This document shows positions 10,087-19,616 of a DNA stretch of 64,000 nt, one piece after another. Both the position numbers and the translations under genes were made by a program. Origin of the DNA: a virus; IMG/VR virus record IMGVR_UViG_3300008255_000099, positions 119,412 through 183,411 of that record; one strand, 5' to 3'. Every line of letters begins with the position of its first letter. Positions within the stretch are counted from its first letter, which is position 1. The notes under the pieces are model-generated. The model made no database searches. It was not told the origin of the DNA and saw only the letters and a list, made by a program, of their open reading frames with translations.

Positions 10087-12747
10087 ATGCCAACACACAA
10101 AGTAGTTAGAGACTTCGAATTATTTCGAAGAATTAAAAAAGATGTTAAACGGCACAATGAAAGATTGAGAGATGCTATCAAGAAAAATCTACATGATATT
10201 ATCGCTAATGAAAACATTATCACTAGTGATAAAAATAAAACATTAAAAGTTCCCATTCGACAATTAAAAACATGGCAATTCAACTATGATTTTAAGAGAA
10301 TGCAGAGGACAGGGCATGGAGATGGCCGTGGGACATTAATCAAAAAGGGCAAAAGAGCTAAAACACAATGCCCAACTTGTGGAGATATCTTTGAGGTAAA
10401 TAGAGATAACGTGTTTTATCTTTTCGGCCCCACAAGGAACAATCTTATGAATTTCGACAATCAAAACGACCCAGACGCTTCAATGCAAGCTTCCGATGAT
10501 AAATACGCCGAAGGCAAGGGCGGAAAAAGAAGAACGATCCCAGGGCATCTAATGGGGCGTGAGCAACAAGGTGGTGAAGGTGGAGATGGGGTACAGGGCG
10601 GTGAATTAGCTGGTGAAGAATACTATGAGACTGATGTCCCGTTGTCAGAAATAGAGAAAATACTATTTGAAGAATTGGGCTTGCCATATTTAGAAGACAA
10701 AGGTCAAAAGAAAGTTAAAGCTCAAAATTATAAATTTGAGGAAATAGTAAAATCTGGACCTGTATCACATCTTGCAAAAAGACAATCTATTAAAAGAAAT
10801 ATAAAAAGAAGAACTATTCTCAAACAAAAGGGAATAGGTCGTTTTTGGAATGAGGATCTTAGATATAGATCTTGGGAAGTAGACGAAGAAGAAGAGAGTT
10901 GTGCAGTTGTTATAGCAATGATTGATAGCTCGGGTTGTCTTACCGAAGGGCATATGATAGAAATGGCAAATGGTTCATATAAAGATATCTCAGAAATAAA
11001 AATAAATGATAAAGTAGCATGTATCGATTTAAATACACATAAAAAAACAACATCTTCTGTTTCAAATAAATTTGAATATATTGTTGATAAAACAATAAAA
11101 ATAAAAACAGAAGATACAGAGCTTAGATCTACTGGTAATCATAAATTTTTTATAATTGATTCTAAAAATGGGATTATTGAAAAAAGAGCAGATGAAATAC
11201 AAGAAGGGGATGAATTAATATTAGTTAATTCATGGGGAGATACGGCTATATCTCATTCGTCTGTTTTAACAGAAAATAAAGCATATTTATTGGGGGCCAT
11301 ATTAGGAGATGGAATATTATATATTCCTAAAAAGAAAGGACAATATGAAACTTGTATAAGAATATTTGATAAAGATATTTCTAATCTTAATAGATATAAA
11401 AAATTATTTAAAGAAGAATTTAATACAATTGGAATTATTAAAATAGATAGAAATGAAAATTGTCATAAAAATAGTTTACATTTAAATAATTCAAAACTAA
11501 CAAGAGAATTATCTAATGAATATCCTATGTTAATAAAAAAATCCAGAGAGACATATGTAGATAATATTATTTTTACAGAAGAACCAAAAATAAGAGCTTC
11601 TTTTATCTCTGGGTTGTTTGATGCAGAAGGGTCCGTATCTGAGCATACGGTTAATATGTCGTCATCAAGCCATATGCTTGTTAAACAAATAAAGTTATTA
11701 TTATCCTATTGGGGAATAAGAGCAAGAATAATAGAAGAATATCAAAAAGACAGAAGTATTAATGGGCATGTATTACCAAATAATAAATATTATTTATTAT
11801 CAATTAATTCTAAAGATTGTATTTTATTTCAAAAATATATTAATTTTAGATCTATATCAAAGATAAATAAATTAAACAAATTAATCCGTAGGCAAGAATC
11901 CGGTATTAATGCTATGACGAGTAAATATATACCTAATTTTAGATGGAGAGAAGAATTGTCTAATATTCCAAAAACATCAAGGGTATATTCTTATTATAAC
12001 AATGATAATTATGGTATATCTAAATCAGCATTAATGACAATATTATCAGATAATAAAATAACAAACATAGATAGGATAAAAATAGAAAAAACACTATCTA
12101 ATAAACTTATAATATCTAAAGTTAAAAATGTTAATATAATTGATAGTACTACTAATGTATATGATTTTGAGGTTGAAAATTATCATAATTATATAGTTGA
12201 TGGGATATTAAGTCATAACTCAATGGACGAAAACAAAAAATTCTTGGCTCGATCTTTTTATCTTTGGATGGTTAGATTTCTTCAAAGTGAATATGATAAC
12301 GTTGATATTGTGTTCATCAATCACCACACAGAAGCAAAAGAATGTACAGAAGAAGAGTTTTTCAAGAGGGGTGAAAGCGGTGGGACAAAATTCTCTAGCG
12401 CTTATAAACTTGCTTTAGATATCCTGCGAGAAAGATATTCGCCGACAGATTGGAACTCATATTTGTTCCATTTTAGCGACGGTGAGAACTGGTATGGAGA
12501 TAATGAAATTTTATTCCCAATTATGAAAGAGATATTGAATTATCCGTGCAATCTATTGGGATATGGGGAAATTTCAGAAGATCAAGTTGAAAACCATCCA
12601 AATTGGTGGCATCCATCAACAAACTTTGCTGATATGCAAAAGAATTTCAAAGAACATGAAAGATTTATTGCAACAAAAATCCATAGTGTTAAAGATATTA
12701 AAGATGCTTTAACAATATTCTTTGATAAAACGAAACAAGCAAATTAA
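10087..12747 (+). CDS. yeaH: YeaH/YhbH (DUF444) vWA-domain protein with intein
   Basis: DIIANENII...KVPIRQL; GGELAGEEYYE; LFEELGLPYL; NEDLRYRSW; AVVIAMIDSSG|SM MIDAS motif after splicing; FINHHTEAKE; GGTKFSSAY; YSPTDWNSYLFHFSDGENW. Confidence 0.93.
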   Translation: MPTHKVVRDFELFRRIKKDVKRHNERLRDAIKKNLHDIIANENIITSDKNKTLKVPIRQLKTWQFNYDFKRMQRTGHGDGRGTLIKKGKRAKTQCPTCGDIFEVNRDNVFYLFGPTRNNLMNFDNQNDPDASMQASDDKYAEGKGGKRRTIPGHLMGREQQGGEGGDGVQGGELAGEEYYETDVPLSEIEKILFEELGLPYLEDKGQKKVKAQNYKFEEIVKSGPVSHLAKRQSIKRNIKRRTILKQKGIGRFWNEDLRYRSWEVDEEEESCAVVIAMIDSSGCLTEGHMIEMANGSYKDISEIKINDKVACIDLNTHKKTTSSVSNKFEYIVDKTIKIKTEDTELRSTGNHKFFIIDSKNGIIEKRADEIQEGDELILVNSWGDTAISHSSVLTENKAYLLGAILGDGILYIPKKKGQYETCIRIFDKDISNLNRYKKLFKEEFNTIGIIKIDRNENCHKNSLHLNNSKLTRELSNEYPMLIKKSRETYVDNIIFTEEPKIRASFISGLFDAEGSVSEHTVNMSSSSHMLVKQIKLLLSYWGIRARIIEEYQKDRSINGHVLPNNKYYLLSINSKDCILFQKYINFRSISKINKLNKLIRRQESGINAMTSKYIPNFRWREELSNIPKTSRVYSYYNNDNYGISKSALMTILSDNKITNIDRIKIEKTLSNKLIISKVKNVNIIDSTTNVYDFEVENYHNYIVDGILSHNSMDENKKFLARSFYLWMVRFLQSEYDNVDIVFINHHTEAKECTEEEFFKRGESGGTKFSSAYKLALDILRERYSPTDWNSYLFHFSDGENWYGDNEILFPIMKEILNYPCNLLGYGEISEDQVENHPNWWHPSTNFADMQKNFKEHERFIATKIHSVKDIKDALTIFFDKTKQAN
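10936..12219 (+). mobile_element. intein in YeaH (428 aa) with LAGLIDADG endonuclease
   Basis: DSSG|CLTEGHMI...NYIVDGILSHN|SMD; blocks LLGAILGDG and FISGLFDAEG. Confidence 0.95.
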
Positions 12748-12763
12748 CTGAAAGGAAATATTA

Positions 12764-15577
12764 ATGAGCTTCAATATAATATCTATTTCTGAACAAGATA
12801 AGAAATTAAATAAAGTAATAGAAGTAATTGACAAAAAAGCAAAAGAACTCGGACTAGAACATAATGATACAATTTTTGAGATTGTATCACAAGATAGAAT
12901 GAGGGAACTTTCAAGTTATGTTTTACCAATAAGATATCATCACTGGACATTCGGTCGTGATTACTACAAACATAGAACAATGGATAAATATGGTCGAGGT
13001 GGTAGGCTTTATGAAATGGTTATAAATAGCCAACCAGCTTATGCTTGGTTACTTGATTCAAATAGTTTAATGGAAAACAAACTTGTTGTAGCACATGTTT
13101 TCGGGCATGTTGATTTTAGCGAAAACAATATGCTGTTTAACACAACAGATAGAAGGATTGTTTCATCAGCAGCAAAAAATGCTGAAATTGTATCTGGTTA
13201 TGCCTTTAAATATGGGGAAGAAGAAGTTGAACGATGGATAGATGCTTGTTTGTCACTTTCTTGGAACATAGAACTAAACACAACAAAAGTAGAAAGTAGA
13301 AAATGGATTACAAAAAAAGATTCATTGAATGTCAATGATATAAATTCAGATTTAAATAAAATGTTCGAAAATTTTGATGAGTTAGATCCTGTTTTTCTTG
13401 CTGAAAAGCTAAAAGAATTGTTGGTTTATAAACAAAAGTTAGAAGAACCAGAACCAATGATGGAAAAAGATCTTCTTCTTTATTTTATTTATAATGCAAA
13501 AAATCTTTCAAAATGGCAAAAAGATGTAATGTCAATCATCCGTGAAGAACAAAGATATTTTAGGCCAAATATTCAAACAAAAAATATTAACGAGGGATGG
13601 AGTTGCATTACAAAAGATTCTCTAATCTCTACCAATAAAGGATTTATTCCTATTAAAGAATTATTTGAAATAAAAAATGATATTTTAATTAGAAATTTAA
13701 ATAAATTAACATCAATTAGTGATTTTTATACTTCTAATCAAGGAAAAATAATTAAATTAACACTTAGGAACGGGTTGATCATCAGGGGGCTAGAAGATCA
13801 TAAAGTACAAATCTGGAATGGGGTTAATCAAGAAACCAAATTACTAAAAGACATAACAACAGATCACAAAGTTATAACTGGTCTAAACCAAAATATTTGG
13901 TCTAATAAAGATTCTAATGTAGATTTTAATATAAAATTTGATAAAAATGTTGGGGAATCTAAATTAATGCATTTGAATATGCCTGATAGAATTAATAAAG
14001 ACATTTCAAGATTATTAGGATATATAGTTGCAGAAGGATGTTTTGCTAAAAGAGAAATAAGAATTGTTAATAAAGATATAAATCTACTTATTGATGGATA
14101 CAATATATGTAAAATTAACTTTAATTATGAACCAGTATTAAAAGCTAGAAAAGCTTTTAATGAAATTGGTGAATATGATTTAAAAATATATTCTTCTTAT
14201 GTTAGAAGATTTTTTGAGTTATGTGGATTAAAAAATGTCAAATCTATTGACAAAGAGATTCCTTCCTTAATTCTTCAATCAACGAAAGAAACTATTTGTT
14301 CTTTTCTTTCAGGATTGTTTGAAGGGGATGGATGCATCTCAGTTAAGTCAAGACAATTAATTTTTATTAGTAAGTCTCAAAAGTTAGTTTTTCAAGTTGC
14401 CATGTTGATGAACAACCTTGGAATTAACACATCTTATGGTAAAAATAAAAAGAAAGGACATAAAGATTGCCATAGATTAACAATAAGCACCAAGAAAAAT
14501 CTTGAAAAATTCAGAGATGAAATTGGATTTATTTCAGACAATAAAATAGGGAAGCTTAATAATGCTATTAGTAGTTATATGTGGTCAAAGTCTAGGAATG
14601 AGCAGATAGAATTAGACGGGAACGACGAATGGCAAGCTACTGATGTTTTTTCAATTGAAGAAGATGGATTTGAAGAATGCTATGATATAACTATTCCAGA
14701 AGGGCATGTTTATGTTGCTAATGGGATTCTTAATCATAATTCGTGGTGGCACAGAAAAATATTAATGGATTTAGATGTTGAGTGTGATTTTTTAAGAGAA
14801 GACGACGAAGACATGCATTTAAAATTTGCAGCTATGCATAGTAATGTTGTAAGCCCAACATCTCTTGGATCTTTTCATCCATATTTTGTTGGTTTTAAGA
14901 TGTGGGATCATATCTTTCAAAAACTTCAAAATCCAGATGAGAATTTTAAGAAAAACCATGGAATTGAAAAACCACTAACAGAAAAAGAAGCTATTGAACA
15001 AATGAAAATTTATAGAGAGTTTAATAGTGACATTTCATTTTTTAGGAATTTTCTTGATGATGAATTAGTCGAAGAATTAGACTTATTTAACTTCAGATTA
15101 ATTCATGATGAATGGTTGGTTACCTCAAACAAACCTAAAGATGTTATAGAGAATTTATGTCATATCAAATCAAATGCTGAAATTCCACAAATTTTTATTG
15201 TTAATGACAATCATAATGATGATGGTGAACTTTATTTAATCCAAGATTATGACGGCAGATTGATAGAGGAAGAAACAATTAAAAAAGTTATGGAATATAT
15301 AGGAAAAATTTGGATTAAACCAATTCATTTAGAGTGTGTCCAAAGATATAATGATGAATTGGTTATAGATCTAAAAACAAATAAAAAAAGCTTAATAGAA
15401 GGAGACGAATATATCAAAGTATACACATATACTGGAAAAGACAAGTTAGATACTAAAACCATTCCTTTTTTCCCGAGGAGCATTTCAGAGAGAGCTAAAC
15501 TTGAAGCGACCTCAACTCTTCGAAAAATTAAAGAGAATCGAAAAAGAATGGAAAATCAGATAAATAGCATCAATTAA
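12764..15577 (+). CDS. spoVR: SpoVR/YcgB family protein with intein
   Basis: LPIRYHHWTFGRDY; RLYEMVINSQPAYAWL; VVAHVFGHVDF; WQKDVMSIIREEQRYFRPNIQTKNINEGWS|SWWH; HPYFVGFKMW. Confidence 0.95.
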   Translation: MSFNIISISEQDKKLNKVIEVIDKKAKELGLEHNDTIFEIVSQDRMRELSSYVLPIRYHHWTFGRDYYKHRTMDKYGRGGRLYEMVINSQPAYAWLLDSNSLMENKLVVAHVFGHVDFSENNMLFNTTDRRIVSSAAKNAEIVSGYAFKYGEEEVERWIDACLSLSWNIELNTTKVESRKWITKKDSLNVNDINSDLNKMFENFDELDPVFLAEKLKELLVYKQKLEEPEPMMEKDLLLYFIYNAKNLSKWQKDVMSIIREEQRYFRPNIQTKNINEGWSCITKDSLISTNKGFIPIKELFEIKNDILIRNLNKLTSISDFYTSNQGKIIKLTLRNGLIIRGLEDHKVQIWNGVNQETKLLKDITTDHKVITGLNQNIWSNKDSNVDFNIKFDKNVGESKLMHLNMPDRINKDISRLLGYIVAEGCFAKREIRIVNKDINLLIDGYNICKINFNYEPVLKARKAFNEIGEYDLKIYSSYVRRFFELCGLKNVKSIDKEIPSLILQSTKETICSFLSGLFEGDGCISVKSRQLIFISKSQKLVFQVAMLMNNLGINTSYGKNKKKGHKDCHRLTISTKKNLEKFRDEIGFISDNKIGKLNNAISSYMWSKSRNEQIELDGNDEWQATDVFSIEEDGFEECYDITIPEGHVYVANGILNHNSWWHRKILMDLDVECDFLREDDEDMHLKFAAMHSNVVSPTSLGSFHPYFVGFKMWDHIFQKLQNPDENFKKNHGIEKPLTEKEAIEQMKIYREFNSDISFFRNFLDDELVEELDLFNFRLIHDEWLVTSNKPKDVIENLCHIKSNAEIPQIFIVNDNHNDDGELYLIQDYDGRLIEEETIKKVMEYIGKIWIKPIHLECVQRYNDELVIDLKTNKKSLIEGDEYIKVYTYTGKDKLDTKTIPFFPRSISERAKLEATSTLRKIKENRKRMENQINSIN
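13604..14740 (+). mobile_element. intein in SpoVR (379 aa) with LAGLIDADG endonuclease
   Basis: NEGWS|CITKDSLI...VYVANGILNHN|SWWH; blocks LLGYIVAEG and FLSGLFEGDG. Confidence 0.95.
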
Positions 15578-15590
15578 GAATGGAGAAAAA

Positions 15591-15947
15591 ATGAACAAAG
15601 AAAATAAAATAGTTGATAACGAAGATATTGATTATGTAGAAGATGATGATGTAAAAGTTCTTTTAGTTAAGGGGGCAAATGCATCAAAAGATTCTGTGGT
15701 TAGGCTTGCAAGAGCAATAATGGTAAGTCTTCAACAACATAGTTATGCCGATCTTCAAGCAATAGCACCACCTGCAATCAACAGGCTTATGAAAGCATAT
15801 ATAAAATCAAAGAGCATGTTTCAAGACTATGCTAATGGATACGGGTTAGTGATGCAGGCGAGTTATACAAAAACAGAAATAAATGGGAATTTAACGACAG
15901 CAATTAGAGCAAGGATTTTTGCAGTCCCTAATGCTTATATTAGATAA
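15591..15947 (+). CDS. spoVS: SpoVS-like protein (Alba-like fold)
   Basis: DLQAIAPPAINRLMKAYIKSK...GLVMQASYTKTEINGNLTTAI parallels SpoVS EIQAIGAGALNQAVKAVAIAR...DLICIPAFTDIQIDGEERTAI. Confidence 0.75.
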   Translation: MNKENKIVDNEDIDYVEDDDVKVLLVKGANASKDSVVRLARAIMVSLQQHSYADLQAIAPPAINRLMKAYIKSKSMFQDYANGYGLVMQASYTKTEINGNLTTAIRARIFAVPNAYIR

Positions 15948-15975
15948 AAAGTTAAATTAAAATATCATAAAAAAG

Positions 15976-16006
15976 ATCAGAGATACCAGAATTTGGTATC
16001 TCTGAT
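15976..16006. terminator. bidirectional intrinsic terminator
   Basis: 13-bp perfect stem ATCAGAGATACCA/TGGTATCTCTGAT, A-run before and T-run after, between convergent operons. Confidence 0.85.
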
Positions 16007-16215
16007 TTTTTGGTTCTTTAATTAAGTTTTCAGAAAAAGATTTTTCATAAAAAGATATGGTCTTTGTAATAATATTTTCTGGTACATAAGAATTAATCAT
16101 TGAATAAGCGTCAACTGTTATGTTGCAACTTATATTATAATTAATTATCTAAAAAAAGTTGACCAAGCCTTTGTGGATCCAAAAAATCAGTGACGGTATT
16201 TGAAAAGTTTTGCAT

Positions 16216-17217
16216 TTAATCATCCAATCCTACGCACGACATTCGATCTTTTATATTTTTCATCGCTGCTATAAATCTTTTTTTAGGCAATCCTACTTTT
16301 GTGTTTGTTAATTTCCCATTAGCAACAGTCTTAACATCAGAAGAAAGAATATATTCAACTATTTGTCTTTCATCTTCTGACATTTCTATATCAATAAAAT
16401 AATTAAATGCTTCTGAATTATGAAAATTAATTGCTGAAATTTCACCGTCATTTTGAGTGTAATCTTCAGTTAAATTTATATATTCTTCTGATTGATCTTT
16501 TTGATATTCAGAAACACATTTTGTATGATCGTTAGAAATAAAATAATTAGGATAATCTTCTTTAAATTGCTCTAGAACAAGAGAGCTATGAAAATTAGCA
16601 ATATGCTCATAAATCTTATTCTTCTTTTTTTGTTCATCCAATCCATTAATTTTACATCTTTTTCTTGGGAGATGCTTTGGACATAGTGGGCACCCTTCAT
16701 CAAATGAACTTGTTGTAATCCCTAATTCATAAAGTTTTTTGTCTGTTAACTGCTCAACATGATCTAATAAAATATGTGAAGATAGTGGTGACGTCTTTTT
16801 ACTGCAAATAGGACAAATTTGTGTGGGATTTCTTTTTGCTGCATTTTGGTGTTTTATTTCATTTGAATAATGCTGCTGCAAAGTCTTATAAAAATAGTTA
16901 TTTAGAGTCCCTTGACCTTTTATTTCAACTCCACCACTTTTTAAATTTTCTTTTGTTTTAAAACAATTGATTGATTTAATAAAACAAAATAAATAATCTG
17001 ATTTAAAAACATCTTGATCAAAATTATACAACCAAGCATATTTCTTCCACCAAACATTATAATAATCTAATGGGTCGTAATGAAATATAATTTCTTCATA
17101 AAAAGCTTCAGATTCTATATCATCATTTCTTTTTCTAGAATTTTGGTAACAAACAACAGATTCTTCAGCCGAAGAGGTTTTTATAAATTTCTTATCACTC
17201 ATAAGTCTCCTAATCAA
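16216..17217 (-). CDS. sigma-70/ECF-like sigma factor with inserted C2H2 zinc fingers
   Basis: Region-2-like DVFKSDYLFCFIKSINCF...TLNNYFYKTLQQHYSNEIKHQNAAKR; CPIC..H...H and CPLC..H...H; region-4-like MSEDERQIVEYI...VGLPKKRFIAAMKNIKDRM. Confidence 0.65.
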   Translation of the reverse strand: MIRRLMSDKKFIKTSSAEESVVCYQNSRKRNDDIESEAFYEEIIFHYDPLDYYNVWWKKYAWLYNFDQDVFKSDYLFCFIKSINCFKTKENLKSGGVEIKGQGTLNNYFYKTLQQHYSNEIKHQNAAKRNPTQICPICSKKTSPLSSHILLDHVEQLTDKKLYELGITTSSFDEGCPLCPKHLPRKRCKINGLDEQKKKNKIYEHIANFHSSLVLEQFKEDYPNYFISNDHTKCVSEYQKDQSEEYINLTEDYTQNDGEISAINFHNSEAFNYFIDIEMSEDERQIVEYILSSDVKTVANGKLTNTKVGLPKKRFIAAMKNIKDRMSCVGLDD

Positions 17218-17543
17218 ATTTCGATATTATCAAATTCATTCTTTTCTATTTCTTCAAAACTTTTCCCTATTATACTCGAAAAATGATCAATTACAGACTT
17301 TTTTATAGTTTTTCCCATCATATTGTGAAATTGCAGGAAGTTGTATCTGTCGATCCCATCTGTTTTAAAGAATTCTGTGCTCCCTTTTCGGTAGGCATAA
17401 AATAATTCTGCTTCAAATCTTTCGACATCGTCACTACAATTAAAAAAATCAATTACATATAGATAATACCGTTTCCATGGCTCTTTACAAAAAGACATCC
17501 TATCTTCTTGTGATTCTGGATCACCCCAATTAGGTCTTGCCAT
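17214..17543 (-). CDS. hypothetical protein
   Basis: 109 aa ORF translationally coupled to both neighbours. Confidence 0.75.
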   Translation of the reverse strand: MARPNWGDPESQEDRMSFCKEPWKRYYLYVIDFFNCSDDVERFEAELFYAYRKGSTEFFKTDGIDRYNFLQFHNMMGKTIKKSVIDHFSSIIGKSFEEIEKNEFDNIEI

Positions 17544-18594
17544 TTTTTATTCCTTTAAGAACTTCTTCAAAAGCAGCGTCCGAAGATGGCCAACAGATAT
17601 AATCGAATGGACAATAATAACAACCAAAACAATCTGCTCCATTTGCCCAAGATGGTTTTTTAGGTAATTTTCTTTTTTCAATCAAATCCCAAAGATTATT
17701 TGCTAGATTCTTTATCCCTTTAATTAAATCAGCATCTCTATCTTCAATAATATCTAAAATCTGTTGATTATCTTTGTTCTCGTACCAAAATAAAACTTTT
17801 TCAACACTCATAGCATCCATATAGGCATTCGCCTGAATAATATGTTTTTTAATCGGTTTTCCAAGTGGATTGTGGCACCCGACTAAATGGCTGGCTAAAT
17901 TTTCTCCATATTTCATGCCCTTCCCACAAATATGACATTTTTTATCTTCTGGTCTATCAAGCTGATAAGTGAATTTTGCTTGATCGTCAAAGAAAAGATA
18001 CCAAAAACCTTTGTTGTTGATTGATTTTATTTCTAAAACAGTAGGCTCACCATGTTCCATAACTAAACCATCAACATGCCCAGCCAAATGCATATCTGGC
18101 CATTCGAATGGGACCTCTGCTAAATACCACTTATCGCCTTCTCTTAATTCTTCAACTGGAGTCCATGGATTTTTTCTTTGACATCCTTCAAGCCAAACTT
18201 TTGTCCCTGGAATATAGGGGTAATCTCTGATCTTTCCTTTAATAATAATTCTTTCTTTTGGAATACGCTTATTATCTATCAAAACAAATTCACCATCAAC
18301 CATCTCAAAGGCTACTTTTGATTCTCCACTTGAAATAGAAACAACTTCGTCAAGCATTAGGACATTGGCATCTCGGCAATATGTCTGAACTCGCTCATGC
18401 AACCAATGTCCAACATCGAATTTAAACAAATCAGATGCTGATATGTTATCATTTTCTGGGGTTGATGTTGCTTTGAAATACAAAGCTCTTGGGCATCCAC
18501 CTATTTCACTTGGGTGCAAATAACTATAATCTCTATTATCATTTTCTTTTCGATCAATTAAAAGATCTGAAATCTTCATTAAAACATCGCCCAT
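17530..18594 (-). CDS. Cas4-like PD-(D/E)xK exonuclease with Fe-S cysteines and C2H2 insert
   Basis: HPSEIGGCPR; GHWLHERVQ; GHVDG; LEIKS; QANAYM; C-terminal CYYCPFDYIC. Confidence 0.85.
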   Translation of the reverse strand: MGDVLMKISDLLIDRKENDNRDYSYLHPSEIGGCPRALYFKATSTPENDNISASDLFKFDVGHWLHERVQTYCRDANVLMLDEVVSISSGESKVAFEMVDGEFVLIDNKRIPKERIIIKGKIRDYPYIPGTKVWLEGCQRKNPWTPVEELREGDKWYLAEVPFEWPDMHLAGHVDGLVMEHGEPTVLEIKSINNKGFWYLFFDDQAKFTYQLDRPEDKKCHICGKGMKYGENLASHLVGCHNPLGKPIKKHIIQANAYMDAMSVEKVLFWYENKDNQQILDIIEDRDADLIKGIKNLANNLWDLIEKRKLPKKPSWANGADCFGCYYCPFDYICWPSSDAAFEEVLKGIKNGKT

Positions 18595-18609
18595 TTGTAA
18601 ACCACTCCT

Positions 18610-19377
18610 TTAACCAAGTTCTAAAATTCCATCTTTTGAATTGAGAAAATTATCAAATTGCTCCAGAAAATTATTTGTATTATTTTTTCTGAAGTAATCT
18701 TCTGCATCTAAACCCATTGGTAATAAAATTTTCTTGGATATTATCCCATATTTTTTTGTTTTCTCTGATATCTTTTCCGCAGCCTTAATTCCAGCGTCAT
18801 CAGAATCCGTCATTATTACAATTCTGTTACACAGTCTCAAAATTAAAGCTAATTGACTTTCTTTAAATGATGTTCCAGAAATAGCAACCATTGTTTTAAC
18901 ACCATAATCCCAAAGTGTTATAACATCATAATATCCTTCTGTTAAAATAACATAATTATTTGAAAGAATATCTTTTCTGTTATTAAATAAACCAAATAAA
19001 TTATTTGATTTTTTATAACTTTCATTAATCCATTTTCCTTTTTTCCATCTTTCAAATATCTTTTCGCCAGATTCCTCTCCATAATCTTCTAAAAAATATT
19101 TATGAACATTTTGTAAAGATTCATCCAGCCTTCTTCCGGCGAAAGCAATAATCTCTCCATATAAATTTTTTATTGGGATAATTAATCTTTCTCTCATAAA
19201 TGGAGATGGGTATAAAACATCAAGAGGGCAATAACCAACAGACCAAAAGTTTATTGCGTCAGAAGATAATGGCCTATTCTCAAGAAATTTTTTTGGGGGG
19301 CCATCATCTTCTACCAAAGCTTTACAAAACATTTTTGAGATTTCTTCTCTGTCTATTTGATTTTTATTTTTATACAC
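18610..19377 (-). CDS. dnaG: DnaG-type primase catalytic core (TOPRIM) lacking zinc-binding domain
   Basis: RLIIPIKNLYGEIIAFAGRRL; LFGL; VILTEGYYDV; AISGTSF; MTDSDDAGIKAA; LPMGLDAEDY; no CHC2 motif. Confidence 0.88.
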   Translation of the reverse strand: MYKNKNQIDREEISKMFCKALVEDDGPPKKFLENRPLSSDAINFWSVGYCPLDVLYPSPFMRERLIIPIKNLYGEIIAFAGRRLDESLQNVHKYFLEDYGEESGEKIFERWKKGKWINESYKKSNNLFGLFNNRKDILSNNYVILTEGYYDVITLWDYGVKTMVAISGTSFKESQLALILRLCNRIVIMTDSDDAGIKAAEKISEKTKKYGIISKKILLPMGLDAEDYFRKNNTNNFLEQFDNFLNSKDGILELG

Positions 19378-19607
19378 TTTGTTCTCTTTTCACCTCTTTC
19401 AGTATACCTCACATAGCTTGAAAGATCTACTGGAATTATTAAGTGCAAAATGAATATTAGAATCGAAGTTTCTCCATCTCTATCAATAAAATCTATTGGG
19501 ATTGTTCTTCCTCCAATAGATGCTTTTATTTTCTCCGGGGAATCTAAAAGCCCCTGAATATTTCCGTCAAATTCGATTTCTATATTCAAGGGCTCTTGGA
19601 TTTTCAT
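19353..19607 (-). CDS. hypothetical protein
   Basis: 84 aa ORF within operon. Confidence 0.65.
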   Translation of the reverse strand: MKIQEPLNIEIEFDGNIQGLLDSPEKIKASIGGRTIPIDFIDRDGETSILIFILHLIIPVDLSSYVRYTERGEKRTKCIKIKIK

Positions 19608-19616
19608 GTCTATTTT

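Noticed and set aside
16024-16215. Two half-ORFs after the sigma gene joinable by a 1-nt deletion
   Set aside because: No slippery site or family resemblance; easily arises by chance in AT-rich DNA
17530-18594. Cas4-like gene as evidence of a CRISPR-Cas system
   Set aside because: No cas1/cas2 or effector genes and no repeat-spacer array in the window; solo Cas4-like nucleases are common in phage replication regions
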